Below are positions 28,606-38,424 of a DNA stretch of 64,000 bases, piece after piece; position 1 is the first letter of the stretch; each line of letters starts with the position of its first letter. Both the position numbers and the translations under genes were made by a program. The DNA lies in the NCBI GenBank assembly GCA_045862955.1, contig BTVI01000003.1, positions 1 through 64,000 of the forward strand, read 5' to 3'. The notes below the pieces were generated by a model. It saw nothing but the letters and a program-made list of their open reading frames with translations, made no database searches and was not told the DNA's origin. This DNA is from Fimbriimonadales bacterium. Its GTDB lineage: Bacteria; Armatimonadota; Fimbriimonadia; Fimbriimonadales; JABRVX01.

Positions 28606-29235
28606 CTATTCGCCGCACACGAGCACGATGTGCACCTCGCCGGGACCGTGGACTCCGAGCGTCACCACCATCTCGATGTCCCCCGAGCGGCTCGGCCCGC
28701 TGACGAGGACGATTCCGGCGGATTGGGACAGAGTGGTGGCGTTTGCTGCGAACCAGTCTTCGAGCGTGGGCACGATGCGGCTCTCGGCGAGAAGGGCGAC
28801 GTGGACGGGAGGAAGCAGCGACACCGACCGTGGCTTACCGGGGCCGGAAGCCAGCACGATGCTCCCGGTCGCAGCGAACCCTGCATCCGCGCCGGTGATT
28901 CCGACGTCGGCCCTCGGCCACTCGGTGGGTTCTAGAGCGCGGCATCCCGAGCGAGCGAGAGCGTCCGACAGTCCGGGCCGAGGAAAAGCTGCCGCATCCC
29001 AGGTCGCTGCCGCCCTCCAGCCCCTAGTGCTGACGAGTGAAGCCAGGTGCTCCCAGGCCGCCTGCCATCCCTCCACGCGGTGCACCTCGGCGAGGAGTGC
29101 CCGGGCGTTGGTCTCGAAAGCATCGGTGAGGTCGCCTTCTACCCGGAGGACGGGAATCGGCTCGGGTGCCTGCTCGCCCCCGGCCAGTCCGCGGGCGGCC
29201 CGAAGGGAACTCAGAATGGCCTCGCGCGAGCTCAT
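28606..29235 (-). CDS. lutC: Lactate utilization protein C (LUD domain)
   Basis: MSSREAIL, ATGSIVL, SLLPPVHVA, SGPSRSGDIEMVVTLGVHGP; ATGA overlap with lutB. Confidence 0.9.
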   Translation of the reverse strand: MSSREAILSSLRAARGLAGGEQAPEPIPVLRVEGDLTDAFETNARALLAEVHRVEGWQAAWEHLASLVSTRGWRAAATWDAAAFPRPGLSDALARSGCRALEPTEWPRADVGITGADAGFAATGSIVLASGPGKPRSVSLLPPVHVALLAESRIVPTLEDWFAANATTLSQSAGIVLVSGPSRSGDIEMVVTLGVHGPGEVHIVLVCGE

Positions 29236-30638
29236 CTCCTTTCCCCTTCGTAAAGGTCGCGGAAGCTGCGTGGAGCCGGAGCAGGCAGAGTGCGGCTTTC
29301 CAGCCATGCCGCGGCCGGTCCCGGTAGACCATCCAGGGAGCCGTCTTCGCCGCACCAGGGACGGGTCAAGAATCGGACAGCGGCCAGACCGGCGCGGTAC
29401 AGCGATGGATGCGACATGGCCGTTCGCCACACTTTCATCCCTAGCATCATCATCGGCCCACCCTTCTTTCGCAGAGGTGGCTCGGCGCGGAGCCGGACCA
29501 GCATTTCGGGAAGGTCTATCTTCACGGGACAGGCGTCGCGGCAGGCCCCGCACAGGCTGCTGGCCATTGGCAGGTCCGGCGCCTCGTCCAGTCCCAACAG
29601 CAAGGGCGAGATCACCGATCCGATGGGCCCCGGATACACCCACCCGTACGCGTGGCCCCCGATACGCCGATACACAGGGCAGGCGTTCAGGCAAGCGCCG
29701 CACCGGATGCAGAGGAGCGCTTCCGCATAGCCCCCATTGAGGATCGCGCTGCGCCCGTTGTCCACGATGACGAGTACCAGATCATCGGGTCCATCGGGCT
29801 CCTCGGCACGGCGTGGGCCGTGGATGATAGAGACGTAGGTGCTCACACGCTGCCCCGTTGCGACTCGGGGCAGCAGTTGGACGATCGTTGCTAGGTCCTG
29901 CCACGTCTCGACAATGCGCTCGAGCCCCATCACGGCTATGTGGGTGCGCGGCATCGTAGTCACCATACGGCCGTTGCCCTCGTTGGTCACGAGCACCAAG
30001 CCCCCGGTCTCTGCGACCGCAAGGTTGACGCCGCTGATACCCACGTCGGCTTGCAAGAACTTCTCGCGCAGATAGCGACGCGCGGCGTGCATCATCTGTG
30101 CCGGATCGTCCGTTGGCAGCATGCCGAGCTTCTCGGAAAAGAGCTTGCCGATGGTGTCTTTGGATTTGTGTAGCACCGGTGCGATGATGTGGCTCGGGGT
30201 CTCGCCGGCGAGTTGGATGATGAACTCGCCTAGGTCCGTCTCGACCACTTCGATACCGGCCCGCTCCAGGTGGGGGTTCAGGCCAGTCTCTTCGGTCACC
30301 ATGGACTTGCCCTTGACGACCCGTCGCGCCTTGCGCGCCTCGCACTCCTGAGCGATCAGCCGGTTGGCCTCTTCGGCGTCTACGGCCCAAAGCACCTTGG
30401 CGCCGCGAGAGACGAGGTTCGCTTCCAGCCGCTCGAGCAGTTCGGGCAACTTGTGGAGGGCCCGTTCCCTGGCCTCGCGAGCGAGCGACCGTAGACGTTC
30501 CCGATCCGCGGTTTCTGCCCACCGCTCAGCTGCCTGCAGGTAGGGTCGCATGGCTCCGGCGAAGATGGCCTTGCGCAGCCGGTCGTCCGCGAGAGCTATG
30601 CGTGAGGCGGGGATGAAGTCCTTGGTGGCCGGCTTCAC
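29232..30638 (-). CDS. lutB: Lactate utilization Fe-S protein B
   Basis: KGKSMVTEE, ETDLGEFIIQ, NEGNGR, CIRCGACLNACP, SSLCGACRDACP. Confidence 0.95.
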   Translation of the reverse strand: MKPATKDFIPASRIALADDRLRKAIFAGAMRPYLQAAERWAETADRERLRSLAREARERALHKLPELLERLEANLVSRGAKVLWAVDAEEANRLIAQECEARKARRVVKGKSMVTEETGLNPHLERAGIEVVETDLGEFIIQLAGETPSHIIAPVLHKSKDTIGKLFSEKLGMLPTDDPAQMMHAARRYLREKFLQADVGISGVNLAVAETGGLVLVTNEGNGRMVTTMPRTHIAVMGLERIVETWQDLATIVQLLPRVATGQRVSTYVSIIHGPRRAEEPDGPDDLVLVIVDNGRSAILNGGYAEALLCIRCGACLNACPVYRRIGGHAYGWVYPGPIGSVISPLLLGLDEAPDLPMASSLCGACRDACPVKIDLPEMLVRLRAEPPLRKKGGPMMMLGMKVWRTAMSHPSLYRAGLAAVRFLTRPWCGEDGSLDGLPGPAAAWLESRTLPAPAPRSFRDLYEGERR

Positions 30639-31369
30639 AGCGCCTCACCTAGTAATTCTGCATAGTGGCGTACACGGAGAGAGTGGCCTGCGCGTGTCAG
30701 ACCGCCGTTCAGATGCATGAGGCAGCCGGCATCGCCAGTGAGCACGAGGTCTACGCCAGAAGCCAACAGTGCAGCGATCTTGCCATCCATCATTGCGGTG
30801 CTGATGTGAGGCATCTTCACGGAGAAGAGGCCGCCGAAGCCGCAGCACTCCTCTGCCCGCTCGAAGTCCACGATCTCGAGGCCTCCTACGTTCTCCAGCA
30901 GGCGTCGCGGCTGCTGTTCGATCCCGCCGAAGCGCATGGCATGACAACCGTTGTGGAGTGCTGCCCGCAGAGGGGTTCTCAGTCTTGCACCCACGTCCGG
31001 CCGCTGTAGCACGTCGACCACGTATTCGGAGAACTCCCAGGTTCGCTCGGCAAGTCCGATGGCCTCCCTATGCTCAGGCGTGCCCTCGAGAATATGCGGC
31101 AAGTGCGATCGCACATAAGCAACGCAGCTGCCCGAGGGTGCGACGATGGCTGGACAGCCACGAAAGGCCCGCACGAAAGCCCTGCCGACCGCGCGCGCCT
31201 CGTCGCGGAAGCCGGCGTTGAATGCCGGCTGACCGCAGCAGGTCTGAGCAGGGGGAAAAGCGTGCGGAACACCGAGATGGTCTAGCACCCGCACCATCCC
31301 CATGCCGATGCCGGGATAGAAGCTATCCACCAGACACGTCGCAAAGATGGCGACCGGCTGCTGCGGCAT
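30635..31369 (-). CDS. lutA: Lactate utilization protein A (CCG domains)
   Basis: FATCLVD, QTCCGQPAFNAG, PSGSC, ECCGFGGLFSVK. Confidence 0.93.
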   Translation of the reverse strand: MPQQPVAIFATCLVDSFYPGIGMGMVRVLDHLGVPHAFPPAQTCCGQPAFNAGFRDEARAVGRAFVRAFRGCPAIVAPSGSCVAYVRSHLPHILEGTPEHREAIGLAERTWEFSEYVVDVLQRPDVGARLRTPLRAALHNGCHAMRFGGIEQQPRRLLENVGGLEIVDFERAEECCGFGGLFSVKMPHISTAMMDGKIAALLASGVDLVLTGDAGCLMHLNGGLTRAGHSLRVRHYAELLGEAL

Positions 31370-31370
31370 C

Positions 31371-33434
31371 TTAGCGCACGTAGGCCGCAGGCACCCCTGC
31401 ATCCACGGTCAGCGCTCCGCCCGTAGTCTTGGCGGAGCGATCGGACGCGAAGAACAGGATCGCCTCGGCGAGATCCTCCGGATAGACGGAGAGCTTGAGA
31501 GTCGTGCGCTTGCGGTAGAACTCCTCAAGCTCTTCGGGTTTGATGCCGTAAGCGGCAGCTCTTTCTTCGCGCCACCGGCCCTGCCAGATGCTAGAGCCTT
31601 GTAGGACAGCATCGGGCAGCACGGAGTTCACGCGGATGCCGTATGGACCACCCTCTTCTGCGAGGCAGCGCGCGAGATGGAGTTCGGCAGCCTTGGCCGA
31701 ACTGTAGGCAGTCGCGTTCTTCCCTGCTACCACGCTGTTCTTGCTACACACGAACACGATGCTGCCACCAATCCCTTGCTTTTTCATCAGGCGGAATGCC
31801 TCGCGCGAAGGGAGGAAGTAGCCGGTGACGAGGATCTCCTGGTTGCGGTGCCACTCGCTCAGCGTGGTCTCCTCGACCGGCGCACTGGAGGCGATACCGG
31901 CGCTGCAGACCAATATGTCCAGGCCGCCGTAGGTCATGACCGCCGTCTCGAAGGCCTTCGCTACGGCCTCTTCATTCGTCACGTCGCACTGCACGGCGAG
32001 CGCTCTATCTTGTCCGAAGCGCTGCACGAGATCGCACGCCACGGCCTCGGCGGTCTCGGGGTTGATGTCGGTGACCACCACGTTCGCGCCTTCTACGCAC
32101 AGGCGGTGGGCAGCCGCACGCCCGATGCCGGATCCGCCGCCGGTGATGAGCGCGATTCGCCCTGCCAGCTCGCGGGGTGGTGGGGCCAGCTTCAGCTTGT
32201 ACAGCTCGAGCGGCCAATACTCGATTTCATACGACTCGGCCTCGGAGAGCGACAAGAAACCTCCCATCGCGCTGCTGCCACGCATGACTGCTACCGCACG
32301 GTGGATGAGCTGCCGCGTGACCTCGGCGTTCAACACGTCTTTGCCGAGGGCGAACGCACCGAGTCCCGGCACGAACACGACGCGGGGGGCGGGGTCGAAA
32401 GGCTCGTCACCGGGAGCCTTGTGGCGCTCGAAGTAGGCCATGTATTCCTCGACGTACTTCTCCACGCCCTCGCGCAAGGCGGTTTCCAGAGCGTCCAGGC
32501 CATCGCCGGGCTTCCACTCGACGAAGAGCGGCACGCGCTTCGTGTGCACCAGATGGTCGGGGCAGGCGGCGCCAACTTGTGAGACGGGGCGAGCGTCTGC
32601 AGAGTCCGCGAAGGTGAGCAGCTCTTCGTGGTCGTCCCACTTCGCGATGGCTTTGCGTCGTTTGGAGGCTGCGCCGCGCAGCACAGGGAGCACTCTGGCC
32701 ACCGCCTCTCGCCGCTGATCCGCCGGCATCGGTGGCACGTCGAAACCGGCGAACTGCTTCTTAGCCTGCACCTGCTCTCGCACGAACACCTCGGCCTCGT
32801 GCACGATGCGGATGGTGTTGGCGTAGGAGGTCTTCGAGTCGGGGCCCCACGCGACGAGACCGTGCTTGGCCATCAGCACACCTTCGACCTGCGGACCGGA
32901 CTCCGCGGCGTCAACGATCCACTTACTCAGCGGGAAGCCGGGACGAACGTAATCCACCCAAGCCACCCTGTCACCGTACACCTCGCGGGCGATACGCCGT
33001 CCATCCGGTGCGCACGCGATGGCGATGATGGCATCGGGGTGCGTGTGGTCCACGCACGTGTGCGGAACGAAGGCGTGCAGAAGCGCCTCGATGGACTGGC
33101 GTGGGCGTCCGGGTTCGAACACGCAACGCGAGAGGTACTCGGTCATCTCTTCGTCGGTCATGTGCTCCCGTTGTCGGAGTGGGAGCATCTCGTCCAGCTT
33201 CAGCGCGGCGAAGCCCTTGTCCGTGATGGTCGCGAGGTCGGAGCCGGAGCCTTTGACGTACAGCACGCGGGTGGGCCGCCCTAGGTGGTCCGGGACGGTG
33301 AGCTTGGAGCTGGTGTTGCCGCCGTAGATGTTGACGACGGAGCGGTCGGCGGCGAGGAGTCGGGAGCGGTAGACGAGCCCATCGAGGTCAGGCAGGGCAT
33401 CCCGATCGGCATCGTTCCAGAGGTTCTGTGGCAT
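31371..33434 (-). CDS. rhaD: Bifunctional rhamnulose-1-phosphate aldolase / short-chain dehydrogenase
   Basis: GGNTSSK, VKGSGSDL, DHTHPDA, CPDHL, IEYWPLELYKL, TGGGSGIG, YSSAK; ATG with GGAGG RBS. Confidence 0.92.
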   Translation of the reverse strand: MPQNLWNDADRDALPDLDGLVYRSRLLAADRSVVNIYGGNTSSKLTVPDHLGRPTRVLYVKGSGSDLATITDKGFAALKLDEMLPLRQREHMTDEEMTEYLSRCVFEPGRPRQSIEALLHAFVPHTCVDHTHPDAIIAIACAPDGRRIAREVYGDRVAWVDYVRPGFPLSKWIVDAAESGPQVEGVLMAKHGLVAWGPDSKTSYANTIRIVHEAEVFVREQVQAKKQFAGFDVPPMPADQRREAVARVLPVLRGAASKRRKAIAKWDDHEELLTFADSADARPVSQVGAACPDHLVHTKRVPLFVEWKPGDGLDALETALREGVEKYVEEYMAYFERHKAPGDEPFDPAPRVVFVPGLGAFALGKDVLNAEVTRQLIHRAVAVMRGSSAMGGFLSLSEAESYEIEYWPLELYKLKLAPPPRELAGRIALITGGGSGIGRAAAHRLCVEGANVVVTDINPETAEAVACDLVQRFGQDRALAVQCDVTNEEAVAKAFETAVMTYGGLDILVCSAGIASSAPVEETTLSEWHRNQEILVTGYFLPSREAFRLMKKQGIGGSIVFVCSKNSVVAGKNATAYSSAKAAELHLARCLAEEGGPYGIRVNSVLPDAVLQGSSIWQGRWREERAAAYGIKPEELEEFYRKRTTLKLSVYPEDLAEAILFFASDRSAKTTGGALTVDAGVPAAYVR

Positions 33435-33581
33435 GGGGGCCTCCGCAGGGGTTCGGGATGAGTTCGGAGGCATTGTACCGCGGGGGGGTGGACCTACGGC
33501 GCACTGCCCCGGCGCGGTCCTGGGTTTGCCGTGTGCGGAAGAGTGGTGCTGCGCGGGTGGAGGCGGAACGGGGCATCGAAC

Positions 33582-33731
33582 CCCTCCCCGTGGGGGCTCT
33601 GCGAAAGGGGGAGGGGGTTCTTGCCGGGGACCGGAGCGGCGCCGCTCGGCCGGCAGCACGACGCGCAGACAGAGGTGGAGAAGAGACCCCCTCCTTGAGG
33701 TTCCCCCTTCCGCAGAGCCTACAGGGGGAGC
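33582..33731. repeat. Imperfect inverted pair of C/G-run palindromes in the intergenic gap
   Basis: CCTCCCCGTGGGGGCTCTGCGAAAGGGGGAG (~33582-33612) is approximately the reverse complement of TTCCCCCTTCCGCAGAGCCTACAGGGGGAG (~33701-33730). Confidence 0.5.
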
Positions 33732-33806
33732 CGGGGGCCGTGCCAATTAGGCAGCTAGCTGAGTGGTGAGCGTCCCTCTCGTCCAGATGAATGCAGGAGG
33801 CGAGGT

Positions 33807-34130
33807 CTACTCCCTGTCTGGGCGAGGCTCGGAGGTTCGCGGATGGGGGCCGGACAGGAGGTAGCCGACGACCACGCCGACGAGAAGGGCCCCAGCAACG
33901 AGCGTTAGCACCCCCGCTACCGAAGTGATATCCAGCCACTGTCGCGAAACCAGATAGCCCCGCCACATCAGATAGCAGATGGGACCCAATGCCGCCAGAC
34001 GCAGCAGGCCGCGACGAGACGGAGGGACGGCAAGGAGGCAAAGCACGCCAGTCCACACAGCGCATAGCAGGGTCAGCACGAGCCCGAAGCGGCCTTCGTC
34101 GATCCACTCGGGGAGCGTCTCGATTCGCAC
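33807..34130 (-). CDS. Small membrane protein, about 3 TM helices, unknown function
   Basis: Three hydrophobic segments; starts 4 nt after the mtnP stop. Confidence 0.6.
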   Translation of the reverse strand: MRIETLPEWIDEGRFGLVLTLLCAVWTGVLCLLAVPPSRRGLLRLAALGPICYLMWRGYLVSRQWLDITSVAGVLTLVAGALLVGVVVGYLLSGPHPRTSEPRPDRE

Positions 34131-34134
34131 TGTC

Positions 34135-34971
34135 TCACACTAACCGGATGTCACTATCGGATGCGGACACGCCGTCGCCGCGACTGAAGGCGTGCACCTC
34201 GGCGCAGGTACATGCCATTCTCTCCGTGGAGACACGGCGTATCAGGTCCAACACCACTTCCTTGATGCGGGCGGAGTTCTCGTTGAACACCCGCACCACT
34301 TCTTCGGCGGTTACGGGCTGGATGCCCGCCTCGTGCAGCCCGCAATCGTAGTCGGTGATGAGCGAGATGTTCAGTACACACATCCCCAGCTCTCGAGCCA
34401 GGTACGCCTCTGGGTACTGGGTCATGTTAATCACCTCCCACCCGGCGGCGGAGAACCATCGGCTCTCGGCCTTCGTGCTGAAACGGGGACCCTGAATCAC
34501 TACCACCGTTCCCTGCTCATGCAGCCCGATGCCATGAGACCGGATCACCTCGGCTGCCAGCGAGCGCATCTCCGGGCAGTAGGTATCTGCGGGGCTGACA
34601 TGGGTGGTAATAGGGCCGTCGAAGAAGGTGTCGGCGCGTCCCGAAGTGCGGTCTACGAATTGGTCACAGAGCACGAACTCGCCGGGTTTGACATGGGGCT
34701 GTAGACTACCTGCCGCACAAGGGCTGATGATGCGGGTTACTCCCAGCGCCTTCATCGCCCACAGATTGGCTCGATAGTTGATCCGGTGCGGGGGAATGCT
34801 GTGGTGTCGGCCATGACGAGGAAGGAACGCCACTCGCTTGCCACCCACCTCTGCCAGCATGACACTGTCGCTCGGAGGTCCATAGGGCGTATCAATCTTG
34901 GCTTCCTGCACGTCCTCTAACAGCGAGTAGAAGCCGGACCCGCCGAACACCCCGATCTGCGCTTTGGACAA
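34135..34971 (-). CDS. mtnP: S-methyl-5'-thioadenosine phosphorylase
   Basis: IGVFGGSG, TPYGPPS, FLPRHG, NYRANLWA, GPRFSTKAES, ITDYD. Confidence 0.93.
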   Translation of the reverse strand: MSKAQIGVFGGSGFYSLLEDVQEAKIDTPYGPPSDSVMLAEVGGKRVAFLPRHGRHHSIPPHRINYRANLWAMKALGVTRIISPCAAGSLQPHVKPGEFVLCDQFVDRTSGRADTFFDGPITTHVSPADTYCPEMRSLAAEVIRSHGIGLHEQGTVVVIQGPRFSTKAESRWFSAAGWEVINMTQYPEAYLARELGMCVLNISLITDYDCGLHEAGIQPVTAEEVVRVFNENSARIKEVVLDLIRRVSTERMACTCAEVHAFSRGDGVSASDSDIRLV

Positions 34972-35024
34972 CGTCGCCTCCCCGATATCAGGTAAGAAGT
35001 CGCCGGGAGTATACCGCCGGGAGA

Positions 35025-35876
35025 ATGTACGAGAAGCTGCGCGAGGAATACGGAGACTTCTTCTTTCTGGACGTCGAGTTGGACGGCGTTCGGGCGGTCA
35101 TGATTGCCGACACGGGCTGCCCCACCGACGTGTTGCTCACCGAGAGCTTTGCGCGGGACAACTTCGGCTACCGGCCAGACGAGGCGAGGCAGAACGATCC
35201 GATGGCGCAAACGATCCGGCTCACCAGCGCGCCCAACTATCTGTTCATCGCGGGCGAGACGCTGGCGCTGCAGGATCGCGAAGTGGACGCTCACAAGATG
35301 TCGGCCGGCTGGTCGGGCTCGGAGATCGCGGGGTGGATCGGCCTGCCCATTCTCGCGCAGTTCGCGTGTGTGATGGACTTCGAAGGGTGGAGGCTGCAAC
35401 TGGCGCGCTCGCTGCGCTCGGTTATTGGCCTGGCCGAAGCTGCCATCGAGGGCATCGTGCGAGTTCCTATCGAGCATGCGCCGGAGCCGTTCGTGCGCGG
35501 TCGGCTGGCGGGGTTGCCCGGCCGATGGCTACTGGACACGGGGAGAACGAACACCGCGGTGTATTACGACGCCTACCTGCGAGCCGGATTTCCCGAGCAG
35601 GAGCTAGAGCCCCCGGATCCGGACTACTGGGTGGCGGGATGGGACTGCAAGGGCTTTCACGTCGAGAGCATGCCGATCGAGATCGGCCCGGCGCTGTTGC
35701 CGGAGGAGTTCGTGGCGGTGACGGATTACAAGCCCGGGCGCGACTACAACCAGACAGCGATTGACCTATGGCTGGGCGACATCGGAACGGAGGCCCTGTC
35801 GTTCTTTCCCCTGGTCGTGATGTCGCCGGGAGCCGAGGAACTGATTTTGTTTCGCGCGCCGCTCGGGATTCGGTGA
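35025..35876 (+). CDS. Two-domain retropepsin-like aspartic protease candidate
   Basis: Two hydrophobic-DTG motifs (MIADTGC, WLLDTGR), each followed by a GxIG flap motif (GWIGLPIL, GDIGTEAL). Confidence 0.6.
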   Translation: MYEKLREEYGDFFFLDVELDGVRAVMIADTGCPTDVLLTESFARDNFGYRPDEARQNDPMAQTIRLTSAPNYLFIAGETLALQDREVDAHKMSAGWSGSEIAGWIGLPILAQFACVMDFEGWRLQLARSLRSVIGLAEAAIEGIVRVPIEHAPEPFVRGRLAGLPGRWLLDTGRTNTAVYYDAYLRAGFPEQELEPPDPDYWVAGWDCKGFHVESMPIEIGPALLPEEFVAVTDYKPGRDYNQTAIDLWLGDIGTEALSFFPLVVMSPGAEELILFRAPLGIR

Positions 35877-36081
35877 GGCTGGGATTCTCACGCAAAGAGC
35901 GCAGAGGGGTCGCCAAGAGCGCAGACAGGCACTTGACGCCTACGGGCACGGGGCGAGCCACACTTCAGCCCTCTCGTCTGCAAACTGCCCCTAGCCAAAC
36001 GACGCTGCGAGCCATGCGCGAGCGTGGTCCTTAGGTTTGCCGTTGCTACTAGTTGGGGGACACGGGCCAGAGCATGGAGAA

Positions 36082-36122
36082 ACCCTCACCCAACCCTCTC
36101 CCTTCTGAAGGGAGAGAGAGGC
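36082..36122. repeat. REP-like family C copy
   Basis: CCCTCACCCAACCCTCTCCCTTCTGAAGGGAGAGAGAGG. Confidence 0.6.
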
Positions 36123-36170
36123 CTGGTTCGTCTGTTGCGGCTTCGGCCTGTATGCGGTCAGAATGCGGGC

Positions 36171-36647
36171 ATGAGAATCCAAGATTTCGTCGCTGCGGAA
36201 ACCGAGCAAGCCGTGAAGTGGCTCTTCGAAACCGCTCGTCACGTCCCCGCCGACAAGCTCGACTGGAAGCCGTTGGACAACGGCCGAAGCTGTCTCGACC
36301 AGTTGCAGGAGTGCGCGCAGGCTCCCACTTGGTTCCTACCTATGCTCGAGACGAGGCAGGCTCCCCACCTCGACCCAGCCATGTATGAGGAGGCTAGGGC
36401 TGCGCGACGGCAGTGGGACACGCTGGAGAAGTGCGAGGAGGTTTGCAGGGAAAACACCGCCAAGCTTCTCGACGTGATTCGCAGCTACCCGGATGAGCAT
36501 CTGAGTACCGAGATTCCACATCCGTTCGCACCGGGAGAGACGATCAAGATGGCACACGTAATGCTATGGCATTACTGGAACACCGTGTACCACCTAGGGC
36601 AGATCAACTACATCCAGACGCTGCTCGGGGACTTCGAAATGCGATAG
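36171..36647 (+). CDS. DinB-family protein
   Basis: VPADKLDWKP..GRS, C-terminal YHLGQINYIQTLLG; CAGAAT 6 nt before ATG. Confidence 0.8.
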   Translation: MRIQDFVAAETEQAVKWLFETARHVPADKLDWKPLDNGRSCLDQLQECAQAPTWFLPMLETRQAPHLDPAMYEEARAARRQWDTLEKCEEVCRENTAKLLDVIRSYPDEHLSTEIPHPFAPGETIKMAHVMLWHYWNTVYHLGQINYIQTLLGDFEMR

Positions 36648-36658
36648 CTCGCGGGCTG

Positions 36659-37354
36659 CTAGCCGAGGCGCTTGATACGATGCCATGGAAGGGGTCGGTC
36701 GGAGGGGGTCTGCCCCTTCTTGCGCCAAAGTGGGTAAGTGAGGGTCCCGCGCGAGCGCACCCCTTCTTGCTCAAACCCGAGTGAGGCCAGCGCCTCGGCT
36801 GGCATCGGTTCGTCGTGGGCAGTCCGGTGCGGCACTGCATAGCCCCCGACCCTCACGAAGCCCGCGAGTAGCTCGGCGGCGACGGCGACCCTGCCGACCG
36901 CCCGGCATAGGGCAAGCCCGTATCGCTCGCGGTGAGTTGCGTCGTGGGCCGCCTCTTCGGCCCTGAGGTTCAGCACGGTAGTGCCCTCGAGGCCCATCTC
37001 CTCTACCACACGCTGAACGAACGCCACCGCCTTGCCGCGGGAGTCGATGAGGGTGATTTCGAGATCGGGCCTGACGATCTTCACCGGCAATCCGGGAAAC
37101 CCAGCACCGCACCCGACGTCCACTACCGGACCTTTCACGTCGCCGCCCAAAGCCCAAAGGGGGTGGAGCGACTCCAGCGCGTGGCGTTCCACGAACTCCC
37201 CTGGAGGTACCCGAGTGAGGTTTTGCACCGCATTCGCCTCGTAGAGGCGTGCAGCGAGCAGCTCCATTCGCTCGACCGCTACTTCGTCGATGGGGAAGCC
37301 GAGTGTCTCGGCCCCGGTCCGCAGCTCATCCAGGTTCAACGGGCAGACAACCAT
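36659..37354 (-). CDS. rsmG: 16S rRNA m7G527 methyltransferase
   Basis: NLTRV, RHALESL, DVGCGAGFPGLP, RAEE, CRAV. Confidence 0.92.
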   Translation of the reverse strand: MVVCPLNLDELRTGAETLGFPIDEVAVERMELLAARLYEANAVQNLTRVPPGEFVERHALESLHPLWALGGDVKGPVVDVGCGAGFPGLPVKIVRPDLEITLIDSRGKAVAFVQRVVEEMGLEGTTVLNLRAEEAAHDATHRERYGLALCRAVGRVAVAAELLAGFVRVGGYAVPHRTAHDEPMPAEALASLGFEQEGVRSRGTLTYPLWRKKGQTPSDRPLPWHRIKRLG

Positions 37355-37401
37355 AGTGCGGTTGTACCCGCCCAGTGGTGGACCGCTGTATAATGGCGCG
37401 C

Positions 37402-38424
37402 ATGCAGTCGCTGGAGCCCTATCTGCAAGCCGTGGTGGACGGAAGGTCTCTCAGTACCGAAGAAGCGCGTGCCGCGATGGGAGTGATCATGGATGGCGAG
37501 GCGCCGCCGACTCAGATCGCCGGCTTTCTCGTCGCCTTACGCATGAAGGGCGAGACGGGCGAGGAGGTCGCCGGCTTCGCGCAGGCGATGCGCGACAAGG
37601 TGACGCCGGTGCGAACCACTCGTCAGCCCCTGGTGGACACTTGTGGCACGGGTGGCGATGGGTTTAAGACGTTCAACATCTCCACAGCGGCAGCGTTCAT
37701 CGCTGCGGGTGCGGGAGCGGCGGTCGCGAAGCACGGCAACCGCGCCATAACCGGACGCTGCGGCAGCGCCGATGTGCTAGAAGCGCTCGGTGCCAAACTC
37801 GATCTGAACGTCGAGCGGGAGGTGGAGGCGCTCGAGAACATCGGCATCGCCTTCTTGTTCGCACCGAACCACCATCCGGCCATGCGGCATGCGACACCTG
37901 TGCGACGCGAGCTCCGCCTGCGAACGGTTTTCAACATCTTGGGCCCTCTCACCAACCCTGCCGGGGCGAGACGGCAGGTTATCGGAGTGTACGACCCGGC
38001 CCTGATCGGGCTCGTGGCCGAGGCGCTGGCACACCTAGGCGTCGACCGCGCCGTGGTATTCCACGGGGAGCCAGGCATGGACGAGGTGTCTGCGGTGGGC
38101 ACGACTCGCTACGCGGTCATCGAGGGGAGCGCGGTTCAGCACGGCGAGTGGCGGCCCGAGGACCTGGGCCTGAGACGCGTCCGGCCCGAAGAGATCGCTG
38201 CAGGCGATGACGCGGGGACGAACGCCAGGCTCCTCACCGAAGCCATTAGCGAAGTTACGAGTTCCCTTTCCGAAGCTGCCATCGCCACGGCGGGTGCTGC
38301 GCTGTGGGCGGCGGGCGAAGGTGATGTGCGCACGGGTGTCGAGAGGGCGAGGGAATCGGTGGCGTCGGGCGCAGCGGCGCGGAAGCTAGAGGAGTACATC
38401 CGTTTTACCAATGAGCATTCTTGA
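37402..38424 (+). CDS. trpD: Anthranilate phosphoribosyltransferase
   Basis: DTCGTGGDG, NISTAAA, KHGNR, RTVFNILGPLTNP; TATAAT 7 nt before ATG 37402. Confidence 0.96.
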   Translation: MQSLEPYLQAVVDGRSLSTEEARAAMGVIMDGEAPPTQIAGFLVALRMKGETGEEVAGFAQAMRDKVTPVRTTRQPLVDTCGTGGDGFKTFNISTAAAFIAAGAGAAVAKHGNRAITGRCGSADVLEALGAKLDLNVEREVEALENIGIAFLFAPNHHPAMRHATPVRRELRLRTVFNILGPLTNPAGARRQVIGVYDPALIGLVAEALAHLGVDRAVVFHGEPGMDEVSAVGTTRYAVIEGSAVQHGEWRPEDLGLRRVRPEEIAAGDDAGTNARLLTEAISEVTSSLSEAAIATAGAALWAAGEGDVRTGVERARESVASGAAARKLEEYIRFTNEHS

